A stretch of 64,000 nt of DNA, from NCBI GenBank assembly GCA_045047115.1, contig JASFYR010000009.1, positions 1-64,000 of the forward strand, written 5' to 3'. Shown here piece by piece: positions 26,768-36,753 of the stretch. Below the pieces are notes generated by a model. That model did no database searches. It was not told the origin of the DNA and saw only the letters and a list, made by a program, of their open reading frames with translations. The position numbers and the translations under genes were made by a program. The first letter of the stretch is position 1. The number at the start of each line of letters is the position of its first letter. The DNA is from Sulfurospirillum sp. GTDB taxonomy: Bacteria > Campylobacterota > Campylobacteria > Campylobacterales > Sulfurospirillaceae.

Positions 26768-29029
26768 TTATGCCCTTACTATTTTTACAAAAGCATTGTT
26801 ATATGCAGCTGCTCCACTGAGCGGATCAACCCCATCACTGACAAACCAAACATCTTTAGTGCCTTTTTTGTATCCTCTAGTCCATCTTTTTGTTGTATGT
26901 CCAAAACCATGATGGATAAATACAGCTCCATCTTTCATTCTTTTGGTAACTTTTAGTCTTTCGCTATGAACTGATCTATGTCCCGTTTTTGCATCTACTA
27001 TGTACACCATATCACCGTCTTTTAAGCCCAATTTTTTCGCATCTTTTGGACTCATCCATACAGGGGTATCGTCTTGTAACTCAAGAAGTAACCAGTTGTT
27101 TTGACTTCTGGCATGTGAATGGTTAGGTGTTTTTCCAGACAAAAACCTAAACTCATCTTTTTTTGGCATTATAGGATCTTTGTAGATTGGAAGTGGAGAA
27201 AAATCATCCCCGCTTTTTTTATATAGCTTTTCCAAATCAGGCACATACAACTGAACTTTGCCAGTTGAAGTTGTAAAATGCATAGCAGCCCCACTTGCAT
27301 TTGGATATGGATCAACATCTTCAAAGAGAAGCACACCCTCTTTTTCCAAAGTTTCCATTTGTTCTTTGCTTAAAATTTTTGGTAATTCTTCAATTTGCTC
27401 TTTTGGAGATTTTTCAAACCATTTTTCAAGTCCAAATTCTTTTGCTATACCCTTACAAATATCAAAACATCCTTTTGTATCATATATAGGATTTATGGCA
27501 GGTTTTCTAAGAGCTATAAAAGGTATTTTATCACTTTGTACAAATGGAGCGTCATACCTTTCAAGATAAGTTGACTCAGGAAAAATGACATCCGCATACA
27601 TGACTGTATCACTAAACTGGGTATCTATCGCAATGATAAGATCTAAATTATCCATAGCTTTGTATAGATGATTCACGCCAATTGACGAATGAGATAAAGG
27701 ATTTGTTCCATATATCAACCAGGCTTTTAAAGGATATGGTTTTTGTGTCAGGGTTGCTTCATATATACCGTTTGTTCTACCAAGATTTGTTGGTGCTAAG
27801 AAGTATTTTTCACCTTTGCCTGCTCCATCGGCTCTTCTGGCTTTAGGATGTTCAGGATGTTTTTCTTTTGGAAAATCAACTGGAACTTTACTTCTTATCC
27901 ATATGCCACCTGGCACTGCCCAACTCCCCATAAGAGCATTTATGATAGCTATAGCTCTTACTGTTTGAGTGTCATTTCCATATCTTGCCATTCTTCTAGC
28001 TGGAATTGCTACGACATTTGGTGCATCTTTTGCAAACTCCCAAGCTATTCTTACTATGGTTTTAGCATCTATCCCACACTTTTTACTAGCCCATTCCGGA
28101 GTGTATTGCTTTACATGTTTAACAAGTTCGTTATAACCGTAACAATACTTTCTTACAAAATCCATATTTACCAGATTGTCTCTGATAAATACATGTATAA
28201 ACCCCAATGCCAAAGCCAAGTCTGTGCCAGGAATAATTTGTAGCCAATCCGTTGCATTTACGGCTGATTCGCTCTGTCTTGGATCTATGTAGGTTAGCTT
28301 TGAGCCTCTTGCCAATCCCTCAGCAAAATCTTCAGCTTCTCTTACTTGAACAGCTCCTGCCATATTTCTTCCAAAAATCATCATATGTTTTGAATTTGCC
28401 ATATCGTAAGTTTCATGTCCGCTAATTCCGGTACCAAATGTAAGAGCCCATGCCATTTCACGACTACCTAAACATTGAGAATATGCCGGTATTGTTATAT
28501 TTGGACTTCCAAGTGCCATTGTAAGCATATGAGGATAAGGCTCACCAGTTCCGTGCATAAAGGTTGCCAATGTTTCTGGACCATGCTTTTTTATAAGTGG
28601 ATTTAATTTCTCATATACATATTTACTTGCTTCTTCCCAAGATACTTTTTTAAATTTGCCTTCTCCTCTTTTGCCTGTTCTTATCAGTGGAGATTGGACT
28701 CTGTCTGCATCATATGTTGACTGAATTCCTGCATTTCCTTTTGCACAGAGATGTCCTCTGTTATTTGGATTTAACGGATTTCCTTCTAGCTTATGAACTA
28801 CACCTTTTCTTGTATATGCTTTTACTCCGCAGTTAAAAAAACACATTTCACAAAAGCTTGGTGACTCAACTCCTCGGTCGTATTTTAGAAATCTGGCACC
28901 TCTTGTTGCTTCTTGTTTGGCAGATGCCTTTAGAGGAGATGGAAGGCCTGTAATTCCGGCAGTAACAGCAACTGAACTTGCGCCTGCAAGTTTTAAAAAA
29001 CCTCTTCTTGATATATGGTGTCTGCTCAT
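26768..29029 (-). CDS. Tat-exported molybdopterin oxidoreductase (Psr/Phs/Srr clade) catalytic subunit
   Basis: SRRGFLK; CEMCFFNC...LCAKG FeS motif; putative Cys Mo ligand in PAYSQC; C-terminal MGD-binding domain. Confidence 0.9.
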   Translation of the reverse strand: MSRHHISRRGFLKLAGASSVAVTAGITGLPSPLKASAKQEATRGARFLKYDRGVESPSFCEMCFFNCGVKAYTRKGVVHKLEGNPLNPNNRGHLCAKGNAGIQSTYDADRVQSPLIRTGKRGEGKFKKVSWEEASKYVYEKLNPLIKKHGPETLATFMHGTGEPYPHMLTMALGSPNITIPAYSQCLGSREMAWALTFGTGISGHETYDMANSKHMMIFGRNMAGAVQVREAEDFAEGLARGSKLTYIDPRQSESAVNATDWLQIIPGTDLALALGFIHVFIRDNLVNMDFVRKYCYGYNELVKHVKQYTPEWASKKCGIDAKTIVRIAWEFAKDAPNVVAIPARRMARYGNDTQTVRAIAIINALMGSWAVPGGIWIRSKVPVDFPKEKHPEHPKARRADGAGKGEKYFLAPTNLGRTNGIYEATLTQKPYPLKAWLIYGTNPLSHSSIGVNHLYKAMDNLDLIIAIDTQFSDTVMYADVIFPESTYLERYDAPFVQSDKIPFIALRKPAINPIYDTKGCFDICKGIAKEFGLEKWFEKSPKEQIEELPKILSKEQMETLEKEGVLLFEDVDPYPNASGAAMHFTTSTGKVQLYVPDLEKLYKKSGDDFSPLPIYKDPIMPKKDEFRFLSGKTPNHSHARSQNNWLLLELQDDTPVWMSPKDAKKLGLKDGDMVYIVDAKTGHRSVHSERLKVTKRMKDGAVFIHHGFGHTTKRWTRGYKKGTKDVWFVSDGVDPLSGAAAYNNAFVKIVRA

Positions 29030-30177
29030 TAGTGTGTCTCCTCTTCCAAATTAAAAAACTTTTCGCCTAAAAAATATACCAAAGTTGCGACACCTAAACC
29101 ACCTATAAAAATGGAAAGTTCGCTGTTTGATACATGATAAGTGTGCAGAGTAAAATTCATATGGATACTTGGGCGAGAGAGAAGTTGTCCGCCAACTATC
29201 ATATCAAATCTTGCAAAAAACATACCTATGACCATAAAAAACCCTGCCAATGCAGAAAAGAAAGGAGACTTGAAACCGCTGAGAACAAGTAAAATTACAG
29301 GTAAAATGATACCTAGACCCAATTCAAAATAGTAAAAATTATTTGCCAATGGACCATTTCCAATAAAAAGTTTCATCGTAGCGTCTAGTTCGCTTTGGGC
29401 TCCATATGTATTTAGGAAGATATTCCATGTGTCTACAAAAAACATCAAACATAAACCCAAAAAGAGCATCTTGCTAAGTGCTCTTACATTTTCTTTGAGT
29501 ATCTCCCCTCTGCCACTTACAAAAATCATCATAAGCACTATAGATGCTCCTGCAGCTACAGCTGAGATGATGAAAAAGAGTGAAAATGATGTACTGTGCC
29601 AAAGTGGTCTAGTAGCATTTGAAGCAAAAACGAATGCAAGGGTAGAGTAGGCAATTACTCCCAAAAATAGTCCGAAAAGTGAAGCAAAAAAGGCTGATCT
29701 ATTTTTTTTGCTCATAAGAAAATATACCTCTATTGCTAGGAGAGGTAATTCTATCATGTAAAGTGTTACCATCCACCATATAGGTGAGGTTATCTCAAAG
29801 TTTGTATAGTATTTCAAAAGTCTTAGAGTTTGAAGCTGATATGGTCCAGCCAATTCCCAAAAGATGATAAAAAATGCGCCAATTAGAGCTGCAAGTGAGA
29901 CAAGAGCGACTCTTTTACTCATCACATGAAAGGCTGAAACTTTAAAAACATGTGCGAGCGAGCCGATTATCGCTGTCCCAGCACTGATACCTACTAAAAA
30001 AGAGTAGCCAATGATTAAAATACCCCAAGGTACTTCTCTACTGATCCCGTAAGATTCCTCTTGGCCATAGATGAAGACATGATACATGCCATATAAACTA
30101 ATAGCCGCTATAAAAAAAGACAAAAATAGCCACACGCTAGCGGGCTTTTTTTGCAGAATAGTTGCGTCTGTACTCAT
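29029..30177 (-). CDS. NrfD/PsrC family membrane anchor
   Basis: VPWG.....Y.F.VG.SAG, TSPIWW, RPLWH; about 10 TM helices. Confidence 0.9.
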   Translation of the reverse strand: MSTDATILQKKPASVWLFLSFFIAAISLYGMYHVFIYGQEESYGISREVPWGILIIGYSFLVGISAGTAIIGSLAHVFKVSAFHVMSKRVALVSLAALIGAFFIIFWELAGPYQLQTLRLLKYYTNFEITSPIWWMVTLYMIELPLLAIEVYFLMSKKNRSAFFASLFGLFLGVIAYSTLAFVFASNATRPLWHSTSFSLFFIISAVAAGASIVLMMIFVSGRGEILKENVRALSKMLFLGLCLMFFVDTWNIFLNTYGAQSELDATMKLFIGNGPLANNFYYFELGLGIILPVILLVLSGFKSPFFSALAGFFMVIGMFFARFDMIVGGQLLSRPSIHMNFTLHTYHVSNSELSIFIGGLGVATLVYFLGEKFFNLEEETH

Positions 30178-30698
30178 AATTTTTCCTTAAAAGAGTTAAT
30201 TATTTTTATTGAAATATTTAAAGCATAACTGAAATATTTTACATCTGTAGCCAAATTCAAAGAATTTGCAAAATCATTTGTCCAAGTTAAAAACTTGGCA
30301 AACTCTTTTATCTCTTCTATTTTATTGTCTTCAGCTAAAATTGCTATAAATGAAATCATTGAAGATATATTGTCAGCTGGCTGTTTTACTTTTTCAGCAT
30401 CAAATTTATATCCACACCTAATATAAAAATCATGAATTTTTGACAGAGTTCTTCCTGACATTCTTCCATCAATCCACCAAGATGCATAAGGAACACATCT
30501 TAGTTTTGTAGAACTCATCGAAAAAACTCTTAAATACTCAGCGCATAAGTCATCAAAAGCAACTTCTTGTGAATTACACTTGGTATTTGTCAAATCTTCT
30601 AATTTTTTTATATTGTTTTTATACTCACTGTTTGGATAGTCTAAAATATCCGCACACAAAAAGAGTGCGGATATTTTATCATTAAGTGATAGCTCCAA
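30174..30698 (-). CDS. TorD/DmsD family chaperone
   Basis: EYLRVF...PYASWW...FY...QPADNIS; start reassigned to TTG 30698 just after the rhodanese stop. Confidence 0.8.
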   Translation of the reverse strand: MELSLNDKISALFLCADILDYPNSEYKNNIKKLEDLTNTKCNSQEVAFDDLCAEYLRVFSMSSTKLRCVPYASWWIDGRMSGRTLSKIHDFYIRCGYKFDAEKVKQPADNISSMISFIAILAEDNKIEEIKEFAKFLTWTNDFANSLNLATDVKYFSYALNISIKIINSFKEKL

Positions 30699-30699
30699 T

Positions 30700-31641
30700 T
30701 TACTTATCACCCTTGATAAGTCTTCTTTTTGGCCATCTTGTGTAATCAGCCATACTTCCGCTGTACATTCTTGATTTGTCACCCATGCCAAGAATATATC
30801 TTGCTGTAAACCAGGTACCAGTTGCTAAGTGACCGGTGTTACAATAAGAGATGATTGGTTTGTTTGTATTGAGTCCAGCCTTTTTAAATTTTTTAGCAAT
30901 AAATGCTTTGCTTCCTAGATAGTAAACTCCATCTTTTTTCACAGTTAAAATTTTTGGACTAAGTGGTATTGCACCCTTTAGATGACCTTCGTGTAATCTT
31001 CTTGGGTCTTTTGCCGTTCCGTACCAGTGCTTATTTTTTCCATTTGCATCCAGTGTTTGGGCGTCGCCTGTCCAAACAGCTTCATCAACATTTTCACCCG
31101 TAGCCATGATAGCTTGGTTAAATTTTCTGCCTTTGAAGCTAAAGTTTCCTCTAGTAACTTTTGGTCTTATATTGTTAACTGCTCCACCAGCTTTTTTCCA
31201 GCCAGCCAGTCCACCATTTAAGATAGCTACATTTGAAAAACCGTAGTATTCACATGTGAAATCAGCAAGCGTGGAAAACAAGAAGTCTCCTGGCTTAGCA
31301 CCGCCACTATAAAGAACTATAGCACTGTCATTATTTACACCACTTTTTCTCATTGTTCTCTTAATTGTAAGAGGAGCGGCTACATAACCGGGAATTGGTT
31401 TTTTAGTGATTCTGCTATAGTATCTACCCTCTCTAAAATCTCTGCTTTTCCAGGCAACTGCACCCTTTATGTGTTTTGCCTTATAGCCTTTTTTCCTCAC
31501 ATCTATAATTACAAGGTTTTTATCACCCATGTGTGATTTTAACCATGCAGCATCAACAATGTGATTTGCAGGGACAGTTAGAGCCATTGCTGAAACTGAT
31601 ATAAGAGCTGATATAATCAACCCACTTGAAATTTTCTTCAT
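30700..31641 (-). CDS. exported tandem-domain sulfurtransferase (rhodanese)
   Basis: Signal peptide; HIKGA, LNGGLAGW, active site YCNTGHLA, YSGSMADY. Confidence 0.9.
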   Translation of the reverse strand: MKKISSGLIISALISVSAMALTVPANHIVDAAWLKSHMGDKNLVIIDVRKKGYKAKHIKGAVAWKSRDFREGRYYSRITKKPIPGYVAAPLTIKRTMRKSGVNNDSAIVLYSGGAKPGDFLFSTLADFTCEYYGFSNVAILNGGLAGWKKAGGAVNNIRPKVTRGNFSFKGRKFNQAIMATGENVDEAVWTGDAQTLDANGKNKHWYGTAKDPRRLHEGHLKGAIPLSPKILTVKKDGVYYLGSKAFIAKKFKKAGLNTNKPIISYCNTGHLATGTWFTARYILGMGDKSRMYSGSMADYTRWPKRRLIKGDK

Positions 31642-31671
31642 ATACTCTCCTTTAAAATTTGTTGTAAAATC

Positions 31672-31704
31672 ATTCTATAATAAAAAAGGGAGTAAAAAGG
31701 GAGT
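31672..31704 (-). promoter_or_regulatory. operon promoter with perfect 11-bp tandem repeat
   Basis: AAAAAGGGAGT x2 (31683-31704) next to a minus-strand TAGAAT. Confidence 0.65.
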
Positions 31705-31727
31705 AAATAGAAAATGATGAATATATT

Positions 31728-33170
31728 TTAAAAAATAATAGTAAAAATTGCCCCAGTGTGTAGATTTTTCACATCTATTTTTCCATTATTGTTTTTTTCG
31801 ATGATCATTTTGGTCATATATAGACCTATGCCTGTACCGGAATTTGCATATTTTGTTGTAAAATACGGTTCAAAAATTTTATCGATTGGATTAGTGGTTA
31901 TACCACCGGCATTGTCTTGTATAGTTACTGTTTTTTTTGAGTTTTTTATAAAAGCTCTGATTATGATTTCAGGATTTTTTATCCCTCTTTCGATGCAGAC
32001 ATCTTTTGCATTGTTTATAATGTTTACAAAAGCCTGTACGATTTCGTTTGGGAATCCGATTAAGTTGAAATTTTCCCCCATATTGATTGTTAGTTTGATT
32101 TTATTTTTATCTAATGTTGCACTTAAGAGTTGTTCTGTTAGAGATATGACCTCTTTGATTGTATACTCCTCTTTTGGCTTCCCGGATGAAAAAAAGTTTC
32201 TAAAATCATCAATAGTATTTGACATAAAGGAAATCTGTGTATTTGCTTCGTTAATTTTTTCTTCTAGTTTGTTTCCTGTCAATTTACCTCTGTTTGAGTT
32301 TAATTCGATATTTACGAGTATGATAGAAAGTTGCGCTAGAGGTTGTTTCCATTGGTGGGCTATGTTGCCAATCATCTCGCCCATAGATGCTAGTTTGTTT
32401 TGGTTTAATAAAAGAAGATCTTGCCTGGCTTGAAGTTTTTGGTTCTTTTTATAGATAATGTATAGAAATATGTAAAAGATTATAAAAACAATCAAAGCTA
32501 TGGAAATCGTAATCAAAAAGTCCTTTATGTGTGTCGAAACTATGTGCGAGAGTGGAATCTTTAGTGAAATAATAGCTCTTAAATCTCCTGTTTTTTCGTA
32601 AAATCCTGCCTTGTCTCCATACATCTGTATCAACTCTTTTGGTGCAATATTCGGTGTGCTGTGACATTTCATGCATGATTTTTTATTTCTTTCGATTGGA
32701 ACAGCAACATAGAAGTAATTTTTACCGTTTTCTTTTAAGATTGTCGAAAATTCTTTAATTTTTTTTTTTCTAAATTTTTCCAAGATTCTTTTTTCAAAAT
32801 CATTTGCTCTATTTATTGGATTTCTAGGGTTTGTTGCTGCTAGTTTGAATTTGTAAGGGATTTTATTTTTTAATTTTTGTGAATTAGTATACATGTGGTG
32901 AATAGTGTTTACTATATATGTTGATGACATAATTCTTGAATCAAAGAAATCCTTATACAACTTTCCTTTCTTTTTAAGATTATAAATAACAGGTTTTTGG
33001 ATATTTTCTATATAGCTTCTTATTGTTTTTGTGGTATTTAAAATATTTACTACTTCTTGTTTTGCATCTTTTATCACAAGGTGCTGATAGAAGTTATAAA
33101 AAAAACCAACCATAGTAATATAGAGCAAAATTAGAAGAATAGCTGAAATTCTAAGATTTATTTTAAACAT
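31728..33170 (-). CDS. sensor histidine kinase with periplasmic heme c (DUF3365/Tll0287-like) domain
   Basis: AATNPRNPINRA, SCMKCH, IAHQWKQPL, HATPase G boxes. Confidence 0.9.
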   Translation of the reverse strand: MFKINLRISAILLILLYITMVGFFYNFYQHLVIKDAKQEVVNILNTTKTIRSYIENIQKPVIYNLKKKGKLYKDFFDSRIMSSTYIVNTIHHMYTNSQKLKNKIPYKFKLAATNPRNPINRANDFEKRILEKFRKKKIKEFSTILKENGKNYFYVAVPIERNKKSCMKCHSTPNIAPKELIQMYGDKAGFYEKTGDLRAIISLKIPLSHIVSTHIKDFLITISIALIVFIIFYIFLYIIYKKNQKLQARQDLLLLNQNKLASMGEMIGNIAHQWKQPLAQLSIILVNIELNSNRGKLTGNKLEEKINEANTQISFMSNTIDDFRNFFSSGKPKEEYTIKEVISLTEQLLSATLDKNKIKLTINMGENFNLIGFPNEIVQAFVNIINNAKDVCIERGIKNPEIIIRAFIKNSKKTVTIQDNAGGITTNPIDKIFEPYFTTKYANSGTGIGLYMTKMIIEKNNNGKIDVKNLHTGAIFTIIF

Positions 33171-33179
33171 ATTATTTAA

Positions 33180-33878
33180 TCATATAGTTTTAAATATATA
33201 GCCAACACCATATATATTTTCTATCATCTCTTTTTCTATCTTTTTTCGCAACTCTTTTATTATAAATTTTATAGCCTCTTTGCTGGGAGTGTCAAGACCC
33301 CAGATATAACCGTAAATACTACTATAAGACACCACTTGGTTTGGGTGTTTTATGAAATACTCCAAGAGTCTGCTTTCATTTGTGGAGAGTTTATTGCTTT
33401 TTTGATTGATATATATAGTCTTTGTGCAGGGATTATATGTGCATTGTTCATGCAATTTTATATTTGTTTTGTTATCTGCTAGTTCTAGGCATACAGCTTC
33501 TAGTGTTTTGATCAGAGTATCTTTATAGCAAGGTTTTGAAAGATATTTTGTAATTTTTAGCTCAATTGCACGCCAGAGATACTCTTGCTCTGTATGAGCA
33601 GAGATGATAACAATAGGAATTTTTTTGTCTGTTTCCCTAATTTTTTTTATGGTTTCAATTCCATCAAGATGTGGCATGAATACATCAAATATAAGCACAT
33701 CATAACTGCTGTTTTCTAACTCTTTTAGTGCCTCTTGTCCATCTGTAACACCAACAACTTTTTGGAAAAAAAATTCTAAAATCTCTATAGTATTTTTTGC
33801 AATTCCTTCATCATCTTCGGCATATAGTACTTTTTTATCTGAAAGAATATCTAGTAAATTAGCTTTTTTTGTTTTCAT
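33180..33878 (-). CDS. OmpR-family response regulator
   Basis: LYAEDD...FDVFMPHLDG; wHTH ending GVGY. Confidence 0.9.
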   Translation of the reverse strand: MKTKKANLLDILSDKKVLYAEDDEGIAKNTIEILEFFFQKVVGVTDGQEALKELENSSYDVLIFDVFMPHLDGIETIKKIRETDKKIPIVIISAHTEQEYLWRAIELKITKYLSKPCYKDTLIKTLEAVCLELADNKTNIKLHEQCTYNPCTKTIYINQKSNKLSTNESRLLEYFIKHPNQVVSYSSIYGYIWGLDTPSKEAIKFIIKELRKKIEKEMIENIYGVGYIFKTI

Positions 33879-34009
33879 AATTATGCTATTTCTCCTTGAT
33901 GCATTATAATATTATAGCATATCTATTTGCTTGGTTGAATAATATGATATAGTGCTAGATAAATATAGTGTTTTTAGATATAATTCAAAACTATATTTAA
34001 AGGATTTTT

Positions 34010-34270
34010 ATGAGAGAGTTAGAATTGAAAAATATACTTAAAGTAGATGATAGAGAGTTTTTGGTTTCTACAATCAGTATGAATGTTCGTCACTCTTGGT
34101 TTGAGGGAGATAGTGAAAAGAAAGTATATGAAACTATGGTTTTTGAGATAGAAAATGAAGAAGTTTTATATGATAACCCTAGGTTTAATGAGAGATACAA
34201 TACGTTGGATGAAGCTGTGGCCGAGCATGGTGCAATCTTGAAAAATCCGAAAGAGTTTTTTATTCTTTAG
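34010..34270 (+). CDS. hypothetical protein
   Basis: RBS; VSTI...YETMVF...RY.T.DEA..EH. Confidence 0.6.
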   Translation: MRELELKNILKVDDREFLVSTISMNVRHSWFEGDSEKKVYETMVFEIENEEVLYDNPRFNERYNTLDEAVAEHGAILKNPKEFFIL

Positions 34271-34272
34271 GT

Positions 34273-36063
34273 TTAATTATTTATTTCTATAACAAATACA
34301 GCCCCAACTTTGGAGTTTCTTGCATAAAGTTTTCCGTTAAAGTTTTCTTCTATTATTGTTTTTGACATATAGAGTCCGATACCGGTTCCGGTTTTTTGCT
34401 TGCTTGTAACATAGGCATCAAAAATTCTGTTTATAATTTTTTCATCTATGCCACCTGCATTATCTTTAATCTCTATAAATTTTTTTCCACTTTTTTCATA
34501 TACTTCTATATCTATATATGAATTTTTTATATTTTTTTCCTCTAGTGCATCTTTTGCATTTTGTATGATATTTAGAATTACTTGAGAGAATTGGTTCGCA
34601 AAGCCTAAAACTTTAAATTTATTTTTTATTTGTAAAGAGAGTTCTATTCCTTCGTGTTTTATGGAGGCATTTACAATTTTATATGCATTTCCAATAGCAA
34701 TAGACGGGTCAAAAAATGATTTTTCACTGTCTTCTTTATAAAAATTACGAAAATCCTCTATGGTTTCGGACATATAATCAATTTGTTCAAGTGAATTTTT
34801 GTAATACCTGTTAAACATCTCTTTTGTGAGTTTTTTACCGTCATACATTGATTTTAGGTTTTGCATTATAAGGGAGAGTCTCGTGATCGGATGTCTCCAT
34901 TGGTGAGCGATATTGCCTATCATTTCACCGAGGGCTGCGAGTTTTGCCTGATTTTCCAAAAGCCTGTCTTTTGCCCTGTTTTTTTCTATCTCGACTTGAA
35001 CTCTTATTTCAAGATTATTTGCCTGTTTTGCAATGCTTTCCGCCTCTTCTTCTAATGAATCATATAGCTTTGAGATAGGAAAAGATACAAGGTATGCAAA
35101 TGGAAAAGATATAAAGACGGCAAACAGAACAGTTGTCAGGACTCTTTGTCGTATCAGTTGGCTTGTTAACTTTTTCTGTTTTAGATTTTCAAAGTATATC
35201 AATTTTAGATTATTGTAGCCGCTTATTTTAAGGGTCTTTATATAATATCTATGTTCTTTTGAGAAAAAATTCTCTTTTGAAAAATTCTCTTTTTTGATAT
35301 TAAATTCATCTAAGGCATTAATCTTTTTGCCCTGGTATTTTGACCAATTGTTTTTCGGATTTTTACTGATAATAAAATTTCCACTTAAATCGCATAAATA
35401 AAGATCATATATAGAAGACTCTGTTAAATCATTTAGATAATGTTTCATAAAAACATTTAATATTAAAAAACCAAGATATCTGTTTTTGTCAAAAACAGGA
35501 ATAGAGACCCTGATGACAGGCTTGATTGGCTGTTCAATTTTTCCGTGTTCAACATTTAGATCAATATTTGAAAACCATACTTCTTTATCTTTTAGACTTG
35601 CACATTTTTTGCAGTAATATCTTTTGGATTTATTTTGTAAATTTTTTTGTTTGAAAACTTCTGTGCCTATATCTTTTCTGTCAAATCTTATTATTTCATC
35701 ACCATTTGAATTTATATATCTAAGCTGCATGTAGCTCTTGTCTGTTTTTATCATAGAGTAGAGTAGATCTTCAACAATTTTTTTGTCTTTGCCTGTTTTT
35801 ACAAATGATATAAATTCGTTATTTGATAAAATTGCTTTTATAAGATTGGAGCTTCTGCTTAAAAAATTATCTATATATCTCTGTTTTTGTGTAGAGTTTC
35901 GGATTGTATTATTTAGAAAATGCTTTAAAGACTCTTGTGCCGAAATTCTAACATGTAACATATAGATAGAAAAAAGTATAAGGGTTGCAAAAGTTATATA
36001 AGAGATAACCAGAATTTTCCTGAAACGTTTTTTCTGCTTTTTGATCTTTTCTATATTTGTCAT
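34273..36063 (-). CDS. sensor histidine kinase with Cache-like periplasmic domain
   Basis: LQNKSKRYY, IDLNVEHG..EQP.KPVIR, IAHQWRHP, GTGIGLYM. Confidence 0.9.
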   Translation of the reverse strand: MTNIEKIKKQKKRFRKILVISYITFATLILFSIYMLHVRISAQESLKHFLNNTIRNSTQKQRYIDNFLSRSSNLIKAILSNNEFISFVKTGKDKKIVEDLLYSMIKTDKSYMQLRYINSNGDEIIRFDRKDIGTEVFKQKNLQNKSKRYYCKKCASLKDKEVWFSNIDLNVEHGKIEQPIKPVIRVSIPVFDKNRYLGFLILNVFMKHYLNDLTESSIYDLYLCDLSGNFIISKNPKNNWSKYQGKKINALDEFNIKKENFSKENFFSKEHRYYIKTLKISGYNNLKLIYFENLKQKKLTSQLIRQRVLTTVLFAVFISFPFAYLVSFPISKLYDSLEEEAESIAKQANNLEIRVQVEIEKNRAKDRLLENQAKLAALGEMIGNIAHQWRHPITRLSLIMQNLKSMYDGKKLTKEMFNRYYKNSLEQIDYMSETIEDFRNFYKEDSEKSFFDPSIAIGNAYKIVNASIKHEGIELSLQIKNKFKVLGFANQFSQVILNIIQNAKDALEEKNIKNSYIDIEVYEKSGKKFIEIKDNAGGIDEKIINRIFDAYVTSKQKTGTGIGLYMSKTIIEENFNGKLYARNSKVGAVFVIEINN

Positions 36064-36072
36064 ATATTGTAT

Positions 36073-36729
36073 TTAATTTGCATAATTTTCTATTTTATAG
36101 CCACTTCCTCTGATATTTTTGATGAAGTCATAGCTGATTTTTGAGCGCAGTTTTTTTATCAAAGTCCTGAGCGTATTGTCGGATACTATTTTATCTTGCC
36201 AAATATAATCGATTATAACACCGGAGCTTAATATATGATTTATATTTTTAATGAGAAAAAAAAGTAGATTTCTTTCGTTTTCACTTAATTCAATAATTTT
36301 TTCGTTATCTGTTAGTTCTCTTCTTGCAAGGTCAAAAAATTGTTTCTCCCCAATCTGAATTTTTGATAAATCATCATTGAAGAGTATCTTGTTGATTCTG
36401 ATTTCTAGTTCTTCAAAGTGAAAAGGTTTTCTTATGTAATCACTGCACCCGGCATCAAATCCGGATTTAATATAGTCAATATCAGACATAGAAGTAAGAA
36501 AAACTGCAGGAGTTTTTATCTCCATACTTCTAATCTCCTCAAGAGTATCTATGCCATTTTTGACAGGAGTGTTTATATCTAGTATAAATATGTCTGTTGT
36601 AAATATATTGGGACTGTCTAAAAGTTCTTCACCATTTGCAAAGATCTCTACTTGATGATCTTTCATCTCAAAATAGATTTTGATCTCTTGTGCGATAAAA
36701 GAGTCATCTTCAAGTAGAGTAATTCTCAT
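36073..36729 (-). CDS. OmpR-family response regulator
   Basis: LLEDD...LDIN...DYIRKPF...RGSGY. Confidence 0.9.
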   Translation of the reverse strand: MRITLLEDDSFIAQEIKIYFEMKDHQVEIFANGEELLDSPNIFTTDIFILDINTPVKNGIDTLEEIRSMEIKTPAVFLTSMSDIDYIKSGFDAGCSDYIRKPFHFEELEIRINKILFNDDLSKIQIGEKQFFDLARRELTDNEKIIELSENERNLLFFLIKNINHILSSGVIIDYIWQDKIVSDNTLRTLIKKLRSKISYDFIKNIRGSGYKIENYAN

Positions 36730-36753
36730 AAAAAGTTTACCATGCCAAAACTG

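Noticed and set aside
30699..30791. N-terminal extension of the TorD ORF given in the ORF track
   Set aside because: Overlaps the rhodanese C-terminus; TTG at 30698 gives a normal-length chaperone
21561..31641. Selenocysteine (TGA) readthrough in the respiratory operon
   Set aside because: All ORFs are full length with Cys at the expected sites; the Cys-tailed protein ends TGT TAA
31756..32433. 225-aa plus-strand ORF and the other short antisense ORFs in the track
   Set aside because: Shadows of well-supported genes on the opposite strand
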